From NCBI GenBank assembly GCA_965215265.1, contig OZ244048.1:3136001-3200000 (forward strand): 64,000 bases of DNA. Direction: 5' to 3'. This document shows positions 18,117 to 28,378 of the stretch, piece after piece. Position 1 is the first letter of the stretch, and each line of letters begins with the position of its first letter. The translations under genes and the position numbers were made by a program. The DNA comes from Candidatus Poribacteria bacterium (GTDB taxonomy: Bacteria > Poribacteria > WGA-4E > WGA-3G). The notes beneath the pieces were generated by a model, which was given only the letters and a program-made list of their open reading frames with translations, searched no databases and was not told the origin of the DNA.

Positions 18117-18612
18117 TAGAAAATGGCTCCTTTATTATATAATAACTTAAACCTCAAAAGTGGCCAAATGGATCTGCTTACCTCACAATAACATCATTGG
18201 TTCACGTTCATGTTCGGTTAATATAAAATCATCGTGTTAAGGTAAGGGTTACCTTGTCCAATTTCATTCCAATTTCATGCGTCTATATATAAAATTTAAG
18301 TGTCAAAAATGGTTGAAAAGGTCCGAAAAAAATGAGGGAATTGACTTCTAGATTAGATAGATTTCTGGCAGTCTTCTCCTCATTAATGCTAACAGAAGGG
18401 GATACTCTGCCACCTTATTCTGTTGGCTGAATTTTCTTTTCCCTGTGACTTCAATTGGCGGGAGACACGCCGGATCTACCTCCGATGCCTGTTCGTTTGC
18501 AGATGGATCCGGCGAGATTGGGACGGTTGCCTGTTCACTCGCGGCATCTTTGGAATGCACCTCTGCCGGTGTCTTCAGGGCATCTTGCATCTGTATCTGT
18601 ATCGGTATTGCT

Positions 18613-18840
18613 CTCTATACCATCATACTCCCGTCTTCAACCTCTAAACCGATATACTCCCATTTGCCGATGAGGCGCTCCTTTATCGCCGCCTTAACTT
18701 TATTCCGGATTGTACCTTTCGCGGGCAGCATCAGAATCCGCAAGTAGCCTTTCTCTTTCCTTTTGCGTTTCTTGGGACTTTAGTATTACACAACTTGTGA
18801 ACACCATTCCCATTATGCCGAGTGTGACGAGTCTTTTCAT
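18613..18840 (-). pseudogene. Frameshifted lipoprotein paralog of the 11885-12483 gene
   Basis: MKRLVTLGIMGMVFTSC..QKERER..YNP / KVKAAIKERLIGKWEYIGLEVEDG aligns by eye with ..LVFTDC..QNERER..HDPRKMELALTDKLLGTWQFLEMEVDEG. Confidence 0.65.
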
Positions 18841-19086
18841 AGGGTGAATCCTTATCCTGCATCCAATGCGAAACATTCTCTATTTGGGTTGCGCAGAGCT
18901 GGCACTTATGCGAACCTGTCCAATGCTGTTTCAGTTTACGCCCCAACCTTGTGAACAATTAGCATGTAGCATGGATAGCATGTAGCATGGAGTGCAGGGA
19001 GGTCTTGAGTTTCGTTTTCAGGTTTCATAGAAAACAGTATACCCAAACCTACTCAAAATGTCAATAACTTACATAATGTAAACACT
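18653..19086. repeat. ~433-bp direct repeat, copy 2
   Basis: Near-identical to 7140-7572. Confidence 0.95.
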
Positions 19087-19093
19087 ACCTAGA

Positions 19094-19117
19094 TACTATG
19101 TTCTTAGTAGATAGTTC
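19094..19117. repeat. 24-bp direct repeat, copy 2; right boundary of the island
   Basis: Identical to 6658-6681 and abuts the stop codon of the Type ISP gene. Confidence 0.85.
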
Positions 19118-19119
19118 GC

Positions 19120-22100
19120 TTACTCGTCGGTTAGCTGCGTGGGCAAACTCTCAATCATTTTCGCCGATTCTACACTCACATAGACGATGCGCTCTATCGC
19201 TGTGATAAGATCCCGCGGATGCTCAAACCAGCCGTTCGGGTCGTTGACAATGCCGCTGTACTTGTCTTGCTTGATTTTGTAACGGTTGATAAACCACTCC
19301 AAAGGCGTTCTGTCGTTGACTACGTAAAGATGCGCTTCTTCTGGAATCCCAGATAATTGGACGTGTTCATTGATGATGAGTGTCGTTTTCGTTTCTTTAT
19401 CGGTGAAACGCATGGCTCGCTTCCCTAATAGAAAATGCGCCGGTTTTTCTTCCCAAAATAAGATAGGTGTCCGTGTCCGGGGTTCAACTGTTAGATTTGG
19501 GTATCGTTCGCCTGTCTCGTAATTGAGGTGGAGTTCGGCAAGGCGGTTTCCTGCTTTAGCAAAAGTGCGGAATTCAGGTGCGAATGGGATATGTGGTAGC
19601 ATCTTGGACAAATCATTGGCAAATTGTTCTCGATAACAGGGTGCGTGGAGGAGCCCGTAAACGTAGTAGAAGATGTCGTCTTTGCTGATAGAGTCGTCTT
19701 GATAGTGTTCTTGGAAATTACGCAGTGCCGTGTCCGAGATATTGTCAATCCGTTCCGGTTCGCCGTCGATACTAGGAAAAGCGTTTGCTGCATCGGATGT
19801 ATCCATAGGCTTCAGATATCGATAGCGTGGGAAACACTGTGCACCGACTTCACAAAATTTGAGATGCGTCATCGTATCTGTCATAAGGACAGAAAACGGC
19901 TTTTTAGAACTGATGTTGGGGACACATATCACTCGGTTTTCGCTGGAACTGTCCGGGAAAATTCGATCCATCTGGTACTTACCCTGTACGAAGATGTAAT
20001 TAACATAACAGTTCATGGCAATGAATGGCCGGTACAAAACTTTCCTGATGTAGCGATGCACAAACTGGGTCTTTTTCTTTCGTTTCAGTTGTTGCTTGAG
20101 TTCCGGAGACCACTTAATATTCGTGAGATTGTTGTGACGGGATACCACCTCATCTACCGTGAGTTCAGGATTCGCCTCAAGTTCAGAAAGCGCGGCGAGG
20201 TAGTCTTGCGTCATCCGTCTTGCATTTTCAGCGCATGCCTCGCGAGAAAAATTGTAGAGGTATGCGTCTCTGCCTGTTGCCAACCCCAAGGAGTACAGCT
20301 GAAATATAGCATTATCCGCTCTGCCTGCTTTTGCCTGCTTTGTGCCCAGCGAATAAAACTTCGCAAATGCCTCGCCGCGTTGTTCAATCCAATCGTGGTG
20401 CTCATCGGGTGTGATTGTTTGCCAATCGTTGAATCCTTTTACAGAGACTGCCTTGCGGAGTGCCTCCAACTTCTCCTCACGTGTGAGGGAGTCGCCGATG
20501 TCACGGTAGTGGATGTGGCAGCCGTCGTGTGTAGCGTTCGGATTCTTGATTAAAATGGTAATAGCGACAGGGGACTGGGTTGCATTCCCGAAAACGCCTT
20601 CCCCTTCGGAGCGGAGTCCGCGTACATCACCTCGGAGGTTCAGGACATAGATAGAACTGAACTCCTCTGCCCAACATGCGCGAATTGCCGAATCGACCCT
20701 TCCAGTAATCCAACTACCAGGGGTGACGAATGCAACAACCCCTTGTTCTTGGAGCCTGTCGGATGCCCAGCGAATCGCCCTCTTGTAGGTATTGTAGAGA
20801 GGTTTTGTATTCGTCTCCGTAGAGAATTCAACGTAGGTTTCCCTGATACGCTCCTCAAGTGCAGGATATTTCACATTCGGATTGTCATCCGAGGCGCTCT
20901 TCTGTCCTGCGGACCAGGGTGGATTGCCGACGATAACCTGGATTGGGAGTTGCTGTTGCCGTTCGGCGCGTTCGTTGTTGTCGGGCAGCCACTCCTTCGG
21001 CAAAAGGGTGGGAGCTTCCTGCTTGTTCAGGTTGAATGTATCGGTAAGGACGATGCCCTCGAAGGGTTCGTAGGGGCTGTCTTCTCCGTGCCGGCCACGG
21101 AAGGCTTCCTCAATATTGACGGCGGCGATGTAGTAGGCGAGGAGGACAATTTCGTTTGCGTGGAGCTCCTTCCGGAACTTCCGGTCCAAGTCGTCAGGGC
21201 GAATGAGCTCGGATTGCAGCAGTTGAACCAGAAAGGTGCCGGTACCGGTGAATGGATCCAGCACCTGTACACCTTCGTCGCTGAGGCTGCATCCAAACTC
21301 GTCTTGTAATATATCATTCACACTGTGTAAGATGAAGTCTACCAACGCAATTGGGGTATAGGCAATGCCGAGCCGGTCTGCCTCCTTTTTCAACCCCTTT
21401 TTGAAGAACTGTTCGTAGAGCTCAGATAGGACCTGTTGCCGGCCTGCGCTGTTGTCTATACCGCGGACACGCATCCGGACGCTTTCGTAGAAGTCTTCTA
21501 AATCTCGCGTTTCGTTCTCCAGCCCGAATTCAGCGAAGTCCTGCTGTAGGTTATCTAACGCAGAAGCCACCGGGTTGCGTGAGGAAAAATCGTAATGCTC
21601 GAAGAGTGCCGCGAAAACGGGCTGGGTTAAGATGTGTTGTGCCATCATATCTATGGCGTGGCTCCGCGTGATTGTGTCGTTTATTGACGCTTTCAACTCT
21701 GTATGGAAGGTATCGAACCATTCACGAAGTGCCGTATTTGCGGGATTCTCCAACAGGTTTTCTATACGCCCAACAAGCCTGCCGAAAATAACGGCGACAT
21801 CCTTTGCCCAATTTTCCCAGTATTTCTTATCGCCGCATTTCTCCACAATTTTTGGGAGGATTGCACTGATAGGAATATCCATCGGCATCAGCAGCTGCTG
21901 CACATCTGAGTCGGCACCCGGCACACTAGCTTCAGCCCTGCTCTCTCCACTTTTGCCGAAGATGAGCCTGTCAGGGAGTCTTTTGTTCAGATCTATGCTA
22001 TTGATTTCAGCGTCCAATCTGTCGTCGTGTGAACGGAGGGCACGCAGCACGCCCCAGACGTTGGCGAATCGTTGATTGTCATCGAGTGCGGCGGCGGCAT

Positions 22101-23952
22101 CCTGACTTGCTGGAATAGCCACGGGCAGCACGATGTAACCGAACTCCTTATCCTTCGCTTTCCTCATCACGCGCCCGACTGCCTGAACGATATCAATCTG
22201 CGAGTTTCGCGGGGTGATAAAGATTACCGCGTCGAGTGCCGGCACATCAATGCCTTCGGAGAGGCAGCGCACGTTGGACAGAATCCGGCAAGTGCCCTCT
22301 TCACTCCCTTTTAACCAATCCAGGCACGCTTTCCGGTTCAACGCGTGCTCCGTTCCATCCACGTGCTGCGTTTCGCACTGGAAATCCTCTAGGTATTGTT
22401 CTTCCGGTAAGTGTTCAACCGCACGCTCAATAACTGGATTCCAGTTTTTAACCAGTGCCTTTGACGCTCTAATGGTGTCGGTAAAGGCGATGACGCGTTT
22501 TAGCGGTTTGATTGAGTCTTCGCCGAGCGCCTTGTTCTCTGGGTTTTGTAGCGCACGCCAGCAGCCTACAATCTTTGTTGCATCGTTAACGTTCAGCTCA
22601 TTGCTGACGGGGCCAGTCTCACCCCTCAAAGCAGCGTTGACACCCCCTTCCGCTACACCGAGCACAACGACTTTGTAGTCCGAGAGCTCTCCTATCTCAA
22701 CCGCTTTGGAAAACGGGAGATGGTAGAATTCGCGTCCGTATTTCTCGGTGTCGTCCATAGAGAACACGTCTCGTTTATAGTTTGCGACTTTGGTTTTCAC
22801 CGCTTCGGTGTAAATCTTTGGGGTGGCTGTCATATAGAGCCGTTTGGTAGCACGGATGCGAGTCTCATCGTGTACCAGAACGAAAGGGGAGAGCTGCCCG
22901 TCTGGCTGCTCCACACCGGTTGTTCTGTGTGCCTCGTCACAGAAGATAATATCAAACGGCGGTGCCCCGCCGGCTCCCTGGGCTTGCTCTACAAGCGGCA
23001 GTGAGTGATAGGTGCAGAAGACAACGCTCATTTTATCCGTATCAAGGGTTTTCAAGGTGTGTGAGATGGCTGAAGGGTTTGTGGTGACGGGGATTTTGAG
23101 TTCCAGAATGGACGCATCTTCGGCTGTATTTCCGGCACGGGTATCGGAGCAGATGCCGATGTAGCTATGCGGGATGCCGCGCTGTTCTGACCACTCGCGC
23201 ATCACTTGTGAGAGGAGCCCGATAGACGGCACCAGATAGAGGACCCTCCCGCCGATGCCGGCCAGCTGCTCTGCGATTCGGAGGGCGGTGAAGGTTTTGC
23301 CCGTGCCGCACGCCATAATCAACTTGCCCCGGGCAGCTTGTTTGAAACCTGCCATCACTTTCTCCAGCGCCGCTTTCTGATGCGGCTTCAGGTTGAACCG
23401 TCTCTGTTGGTAGGTGAGCTGCTCGGGTGCCTCCAGGCGCAAGTCTGGCCACTTGAAGTGACTGCTTTCAAGTTCGCGGAAGTTCAGGATGCGGAGCTTG
23501 TCCTTTATCGGTTCTATGGTGCGGAGGGCGTTCTTTCCCCACCCTCCCCCGGTATTGACAATAATCCGTGAGGTGAAGAGCTCGCTTGCCGAGGCGGCGA
23601 GAAAAGAATCTATGTGTGGTTTTGAAAGTCGAGTGGTTTCGGCATAACACTTACATTGGATAGCACAATAGCCGCCCTCTCGTTGCTTTGCGACGATGTC
23701 TATGCCGATATCGTTTCTGTCGAAGTCTGTGCGTCGGGCTGCCCAGTCTTTCCAGCGCCAGACTTCGGAGAACTGTTGTTTATAGTCCGGGTCCTCGCTG
23801 AAGTATGTGAGCATCAGGCGTTCGAAAAGTTCGCCTTTGTGAGACTCAGATTGAGCGGCTTCGCGGATGTAGTCCAAGACGTTTTGAAAGTCAGGATTGT
23901 TTTGGCTATTAGCACTGTGGGGGGTAAAGTAGGATTGCGTCAGTTGTGTCAT
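19120..23952 (-). CDS. Type ISP restriction-modification enzyme (Mrr-like nuclease + SF2 helicase + N6-adenine MTase + TRD; LlaGI/LlaBIII-like)
   Basis: Nuclease DIGIDIVA..AIQCKCY; helicase MACGTGKT, DEAH, TATP and QAVGRVMRK; MTase DPFTGTG and GNPPW; 1610 aa. Confidence 0.92.
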   Translation of the reverse strand: MTQLTQSYFTPHSANSQNNPDFQNVLDYIREAAQSESHKGELFERLMLTYFSEDPDYKQQFSEVWRWKDWAARRTDFDRNDIGIDIVAKQREGGYCAIQCKCYAETTRLSKPHIDSFLAASASELFTSRIIVNTGGGWGKNALRTIEPIKDKLRILNFRELESSHFKWPDLRLEAPEQLTYQQRRFNLKPHQKAALEKVMAGFKQAARGKLIMACGTGKTFTALRIAEQLAGIGGRVLYLVPSIGLLSQVMREWSEQRGIPHSYIGICSDTRAGNTAEDASILELKIPVTTNPSAISHTLKTLDTDKMSVVFCTYHSLPLVEQAQGAGGAPPFDIIFCDEAHRTTGVEQPDGQLSPFVLVHDETRIRATKRLYMTATPKIYTEAVKTKVANYKRDVFSMDDTEKYGREFYHLPFSKAVEIGELSDYKVVVLGVAEGGVNAALRGETGPVSNELNVNDATKIVGCWRALQNPENKALGEDSIKPLKRVIAFTDTIRASKALVKNWNPVIERAVEHLPEEQYLEDFQCETQHVDGTEHALNRKACLDWLKGSEEGTCRILSNVRCLSEGIDVPALDAVIFITPRNSQIDIVQAVGRVMRKAKDKEFGYIVLPVAIPASQDAAAALDDNQRFANVWGVLRALRSHDDRLDAEINSIDLNKRLPDRLIFGKSGESRAEASVPGADSDVQQLLMPMDIPISAILPKIVEKCGDKKYWENWAKDVAVIFGRLVGRIENLLENPANTALREWFDTFHTELKASINDTITRSHAIDMMAQHILTQPVFAALFEHYDFSSRNPVASALDNLQQDFAEFGLENETRDLEDFYESVRMRVRGIDNSAGRQQVLSELYEQFFKKGLKKEADRLGIAYTPIALVDFILHSVNDILQDEFGCSLSDEGVQVLDPFTGTGTFLVQLLQSELIRPDDLDRKFRKELHANEIVLLAYYIAAVNIEEAFRGRHGEDSPYEPFEGIVLTDTFNLNKQEAPTLLPKEWLPDNNERAERQQQLPIQVIVGNPPWSAGQKSASDDNPNVKYPALEERIRETYVEFSTETNTKPLYNTYKRAIRWASDRLQEQGVVAFVTPGSWITGRVDSAIRACWAEEFSSIYVLNLRGDVRGLRSEGEGVFGNATQSPVAITILIKNPNATHDGCHIHYRDIGDSLTREEKLEALRKAVSVKGFNDWQTITPDEHHDWIEQRGEAFAKFYSLGTKQAKAGRADNAIFQLYSLGLATGRDAYLYNFSREACAENARRMTQDYLAALSELEANPELTVDEVVSRHNNLTNIKWSPELKQQLKRKKKTQFVHRYIRKVLYRPFIAMNCYVNYIFVQGKYQMDRIFPDSSSENRVICVPNISSKKPFSVLMTDTMTHLKFCEVGAQCFPRYRYLKPMDTSDAANAFPSIDGEPERIDNISDTALRNFQEHYQDDSISKDDIFYYVYGLLHAPCYREQFANDLSKMLPHIPFAPEFRTFAKAGNRLAELHLNYETGERYPNLTVEPRTRTPILFWEEKPAHFLLGKRAMRFTDKETKTTLIINEHVQLSGIPEEAHLYVVNDRTPLEWFINRYKIKQDKYSGIVNDPNGWFEHPRDLITAIERIVYVSVESAKMIESLPTQLTDE

Positions 23953-24700
23953 ATCAGGCTCCTATTTTCAAAGAGGGTGTGTGGGTTGTTTGTGGCGCGT
24001 TCCCGTGTTGAAGTGGTGGCGTTAACGGGTTTCGGAGAATATGAGGAGCGACTAGGGAGTCGAGTTCTGTGGCTGTGTGGAGCAAGAGAGTGAGGAACGA
24101 ACGCGGTTGTGGGAGTGGGTGTGCGTGCGTGCACGAGGCCGTGCGGGTGCAGATGGAGTTCGGTGCTGCTTTCGCGGTAAAGGAACTTAACTTCTGTATA
24201 GTTAAGGGGGGGGGTAAATCGTTATTTGGGAGCGCCGCAACTTCGCAGCAGCAACACACGTGAAGCTCCCAAACGGAGCTCGGATATCGGCGGAGGCCAC
24301 CGATTTTCGCGGTTGTCTAAGAAGATATGTGTCTGTCCAGCCGTTCATAAGCACTGATTTTCCGGTGTCCGATGCTGTGGGAGAAATATCCCAATTATTA
24401 TACAATATGTCGACGGAGAATGCAAGTTCTATATCGATTATTATACTGCTAGAAGAATCCAAAGTTTTTATTTTCACAATTATTGTCTATGTGCTTGTCG
24501 CCAAAAGAGCGCATTTCTTCCCTCCGAAAAACTCCTAATCCAGCAAGACGTGAGTCAGACACAAAAAGCCAGCTCCGTCTGCCTAACATAGGGAGTTACT
24601 GCCTACCCGTTGGTAAATTCACGGATAGACAGGCCAGGTTCGTGCTTTTTCACCGTAGGCATCCCAAAACGGATACCGGAGCAAAGCTATCTGCGACTCA

Positions 24701-26194
24701 CTAAAACAGCGTGAAGATATAAGGCACAAGGACTTTTTGGTAAACCGTGATTGTGCCGAAGATTGAATAGAATCCGGCACACAACAATAAACCGATCTGT
24801 TTCCATAGGGGTGGCTGTATCTCCTTTGGTAAAAACTTCCGATTGACGTAAAAGGTATGCAGAGAGGTAATTACGAGGAGGTAGCCGCCGACCGTTGCCG
24901 AGACTAAAATCATAAAGAACGGTTTGGCGAGATACATCGCGATGACACCCCACACGATATAGATGAGCAGAATTGGATAGTAGATCCATTTTGCATTGTG
25001 TTCCCCCATTTTCCTCGCGCTTTTAAATCCTGTCCAAATAATATCCGTATACCGGCGCGGGACACTGTCCACGCCTCCGAGCTGTGTTGAAAAAAGGACC
25101 CAAAAACCACAGAGCAGTGTGAGGTACCAGAGGATTCTACCGCCCTTTTCGGCGAGTCCTTCGGCTTGAAATGCTGCTGCCGACCACTGGTCTATTTCCT
25201 GGCCAGACGGTACGAAAGCCAATGTGAGCATTGCCGGAAGTGCGAGCCCGACGAAACAGCCGATTAACCAGATATAATACTGCTCAAACCGGGTGTATTT
25301 CCACCATTCACGGAAGCGTTGGAGGTTTTCAGGCGTGATACGAAATACCTTTCCCCAATGTGAGAGTGTGACGTGTTGTCCGCCAATAATTGAGGGGATG
25401 GCCCCGACGAGACTGCTCATGCCCCAGCCCTTATCTCGTACGTAATTCGTAATTGTGACGTTCCCTAAGCCGCCGCTGCCGGCGTATGCGGCAAAAGCGC
25501 CGAGTAGTATCCAATCTATTTGTCCATTTCCGGCTGCGGCTGGCAATGTGCCGAAACTCACGAACCCTTTGATAACGTTCCACCACACTTTTGGGGGTAC
25601 CAGAAACAGGTCTATGATGACAAGGTAGCCGATGATCCAAACCACCATAAAGAGCTGCACTTTCTCTAGTGCGTTGTAAATTTTGCCGCCAAAGAGTACT
25701 ATGCCTAAGCAGGCGAAGAAAATGAAAAAGGCGAAGAGTCGGACGGTTCCGCCGTCGGCTTCTGCTGGCATGTACCCTAACCATGCGGCGGCGAGTGCTG
25801 TCGCTGCGGTCATGGCCCAGCCTGGCCAAATTCCGAAAAAATCGACGGCGGCGTAAAAAATCGCCCAGAATCGTGCGCCCGGTTTACAACGCATATAACC
25901 GCTCAACATCGGCTCGCCGGTATACAGTGTATAGCGAATTGCCTCGGTATTTAGAATCGCCTGAAGTATAATTGCAATCGTGGCGATCCAGAGCAGCCTG
26001 CCCCCATATTGTGCCGTGATTGCTGGTCCTAACAACCATTCGCCGCTGCCGATTGAACCGCCTAAAGCGATGATGCCGGGACCTAAGATGCTGCGAAACG
26101 CTTTTCCAAATTGATAGCGTGGCGGTGCCGGAAGTTCTGCAATGTTCCAATCCGGCAGCGCTCCACCTTGAATAATTTCTTGTTTTTCAGCCAT
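24701..26194 (-). CDS. NRAMP/APC-superfamily-like membrane transporter
   Basis: LGPGIIALGGSIGSGEW motif and roughly 11 hydrophobic segments. Confidence 0.75.
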   Translation of the reverse strand: MAEKQEIIQGGALPDWNIAELPAPPRYQFGKAFRSILGPGIIALGGSIGSGEWLLGPAITAQYGGRLLWIATIAIILQAILNTEAIRYTLYTGEPMLSGYMRCKPGARFWAIFYAAVDFFGIWPGWAMTAATALAAAWLGYMPAEADGGTVRLFAFFIFFACLGIVLFGGKIYNALEKVQLFMVVWIIGYLVIIDLFLVPPKVWWNVIKGFVSFGTLPAAAGNGQIDWILLGAFAAYAGSGGLGNVTITNYVRDKGWGMSSLVGAIPSIIGGQHVTLSHWGKVFRITPENLQRFREWWKYTRFEQYYIWLIGCFVGLALPAMLTLAFVPSGQEIDQWSAAAFQAEGLAEKGGRILWYLTLLCGFWVLFSTQLGGVDSVPRRYTDIIWTGFKSARKMGEHNAKWIYYPILLIYIVWGVIAMYLAKPFFMILVSATVGGYLLVITSLHTFYVNRKFLPKEIQPPLWKQIGLLLCAGFYSIFGTITVYQKVLVPYIFTLF

Positions 26195-26197
26195 AGT

Positions 26198-27226
26198 TTA
26201 CCATTCCCAACAGATGCTGACGTTCAGTTTTTCGGCAATGTCAGCGAGGCTCCGCAAATGGTCTGCGTGAATCGGGATGCCACTTTTAATCCAGTTATCG
26301 TAGTTATTCCACTCTATTTCACCAGGGAGATATGCCTGCTCTACCCCTTCTGCTGTTTTTGAGTTGTGAATTTTATGTATTCCGTTCTGAATTTCTGCAA
26401 CGTAGCCGTCATAATCGGTGAAGTTAGCGATATTAATTGCCATAAAGAAATGCTCTGACGGATCGTCTGACTTATTGCATGCCATTAGCCCTCCGCTCAA
26501 AGGTCCGGCTAAGATGCCCATAATAAGAGCCAGACCGTAGCCTCTCGCGCCTGATGCGGGTGCCAATAAACGTCCTTTATTGGGGTCCTCGGTAGGCTGT
26601 CCTTCGTCGTCCAAAAGCCAGCCTTTGGGAATCGGTTTTCCGTACATCCGGAGGGTGCCGATCTTTCCCCACGCGGAAACGCCACACGCCATATCCAGTA
26701 CAATCGGATGCTGATTACCGGTAGGCAGTGCATAACTCATCGCGTTGTTTGCGACGACCGCTTGCGCACCGCCTGGTGCTGCAACAGAGGGACCGCCGGT
26801 ATTTGTCGTTGAGAAACCGACCATCTGCTTGGCTGCTGCCATAATGGAATAGCATGCCGCTGCGCCGAAATGCCCGGCGTTCCTAACACCTACGGCAGCA
26901 ATACCTGTTACCTTCGCTTTTTCTATCGCTGTCTGCATTGCGAACGCACTTGCCAGATGTCCGATACCGTTATCACCGTCAACTATAGCAAAACTGGGTC
27001 CCTCTGTAACAACCCGAAGATCTGGTTTGGGGTTCATCTTGCCGTCCAGAACTTGATTTAGGTACCCCGGCAATGCACGGGTGCCGTGTGAATGCACACC
27101 ACGTAGGTCAGTCTGTACCTGAAGGTTCGCCATCTGTTCCGCATCTTCTGGACGCAGTCCTGCTTTTAAACAGAGTGTCCGCGCGAATTCGTGCAACTTT
27201 GCTGATTCTATCACAATTTCCTGCAT
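26198..27226 (-). CDS. Ldh_2-family (type 2 malate/L-lactate/ureidoglycolate) dehydrogenase
   Basis: Motifs DLRGVHSHG, VDGDNGIGH, GHFGAA, LDMA and YLPGE; GAGGAG RBS before ATG 27226. Confidence 0.9.
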   Translation of the reverse strand: MQEIVIESAKLHEFARTLCLKAGLRPEDAEQMANLQVQTDLRGVHSHGTRALPGYLNQVLDGKMNPKPDLRVVTEGPSFAIVDGDNGIGHLASAFAMQTAIEKAKVTGIAAVGVRNAGHFGAAACYSIMAAAKQMVGFSTTNTGGPSVAAPGGAQAVVANNAMSYALPTGNQHPIVLDMACGVSAWGKIGTLRMYGKPIPKGWLLDDEGQPTEDPNKGRLLAPASGARGYGLALIMGILAGPLSGGLMACNKSDDPSEHFFMAINIANFTDYDGYVAEIQNGIHKIHNSKTAEGVEQAYLPGEIEWNNYDNWIKSGIPIHADHLRSLADIAEKLNVSICWEW

Positions 27227-27477
27227 AACATGCTCCTCAATAATGAATTCGGAATCCATTTTAGCAAAAACCTATTTATGAATCAAGGGTAATGCGAACG
27301 TCTCTGACGTTTCTGTTTTTTTGGTTGACAAAGCGGTCTGTTCATGCTACCATTCTTATCAGTTTTGCTCCGGAAGAGAGACACTCAGCAATATGGACTT
27401 GTAAGAGGAACGGAAAAAGGGTGATGCAAATGGCCATCATCCTAGGGGTATTGAAGGACAACCAGGAGGAAAATGTA

Positions 27478-28365
27478 ATGTATACCAATCCACTTTTAGA
27501 AACGAGGCAACTTTTTGAAAGTTTCTTCCCCGAACCAACTCTTCGTGCACGTTGTTTATCCTGGTTCGCAGAAAGCATCACAAACGCGCACCGGTACGCC
27601 CCCGGTGAATGGACGGTTCGTCTTCATATTCGTAAGCCTAAGCAAATTTACCTTATCGTTGGGCATCTAGTTCCATTCTCGGTAGTACAAGGAAATATCT
27701 GGATGGCTTTGGATCAGCAGCAACTAGAGGCACACCCTCAGTACACGGAGTATCTCAATGAGGCACAGAGTTGGAAATGGGAAAGCGGACGCTATGCATA
27801 TTTCAAACTTGTTCCATCGCGGAACGGTTGCTATTTTCCGGATGCAGACCCTTCTCAAGAACTCTGGCCCCGAGTTTGGAAGCTAAATTCTACTTTTGTC
27901 AAGCGCATAGGTGAGTTAAAGCGCAAGCTTCATCCGCAGAGTCGAGGAGGCTACGAGCCAGCCATAATAGAATATTTACGCCAAGAGTTGAAAACGTCTC
28001 TTCCAGAACCGGCAACCGATTCAGCATTGCCGGAAGAAATTGAGGGCACCGTTTTCTATGAAGGTGCACGCAAGCAGATCTCAGTAAATGCTTATGAACG
28101 GAACCAGGGCGCGCGACGTATCTGTTTACAACACTATGGCACTCGGTGTACAGTGTGTCTGCAAGATATGTCCGAAATCTACGGCACGGTTGCTGACGGA
28201 TTGATTCATGTTCATCATCTGAAACCGTTGAGCGAGGTTCAGGAGGGTTATGAGGTAGATGCGATTAGAGATTTGCGTCCTGTTTGTCCGAATTGTCATG
28301 CTGTGATCCATCGTCGTAAACCGCCATATACAATTGAAGAGGTCAAAAATTTTTTGAATAGGTAA
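27478..28365 (+). CDS. HNH endonuclease, McrA-like (putative modification-dependent restriction)
   Basis: EGARKQISVNAYERN, CTVC, IHVHHLKPLSE and LRPVCPNCHAVIH; AGGAGG RBS before ATG 27478. Confidence 0.85.
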   Translation: MYTNPLLETRQLFESFFPEPTLRARCLSWFAESITNAHRYAPGEWTVRLHIRKPKQIYLIVGHLVPFSVVQGNIWMALDQQQLEAHPQYTEYLNEAQSWKWESGRYAYFKLVPSRNGCYFPDADPSQELWPRVWKLNSTFVKRIGELKRKLHPQSRGGYEPAIIEYLRQELKTSLPEPATDSALPEEIEGTVFYEGARKQISVNAYERNQGARRICLQHYGTRCTVCLQDMSEIYGTVADGLIHVHHLKPLSEVQEGYEVDAIRDLRPVCPNCHAVIHRRKPPYTIEEVKNFLNR

Positions 28366-28378
28366 GGCTGGCTCGCAG

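Noticed and set aside
19624-20553. 309-aa plus-strand ORF and other long antisense ORFs (e.g. 2589-3224, 12519-13244)
   Set aside because: They are shadow frames opposite well-supported genes and have no recognisable motifs.
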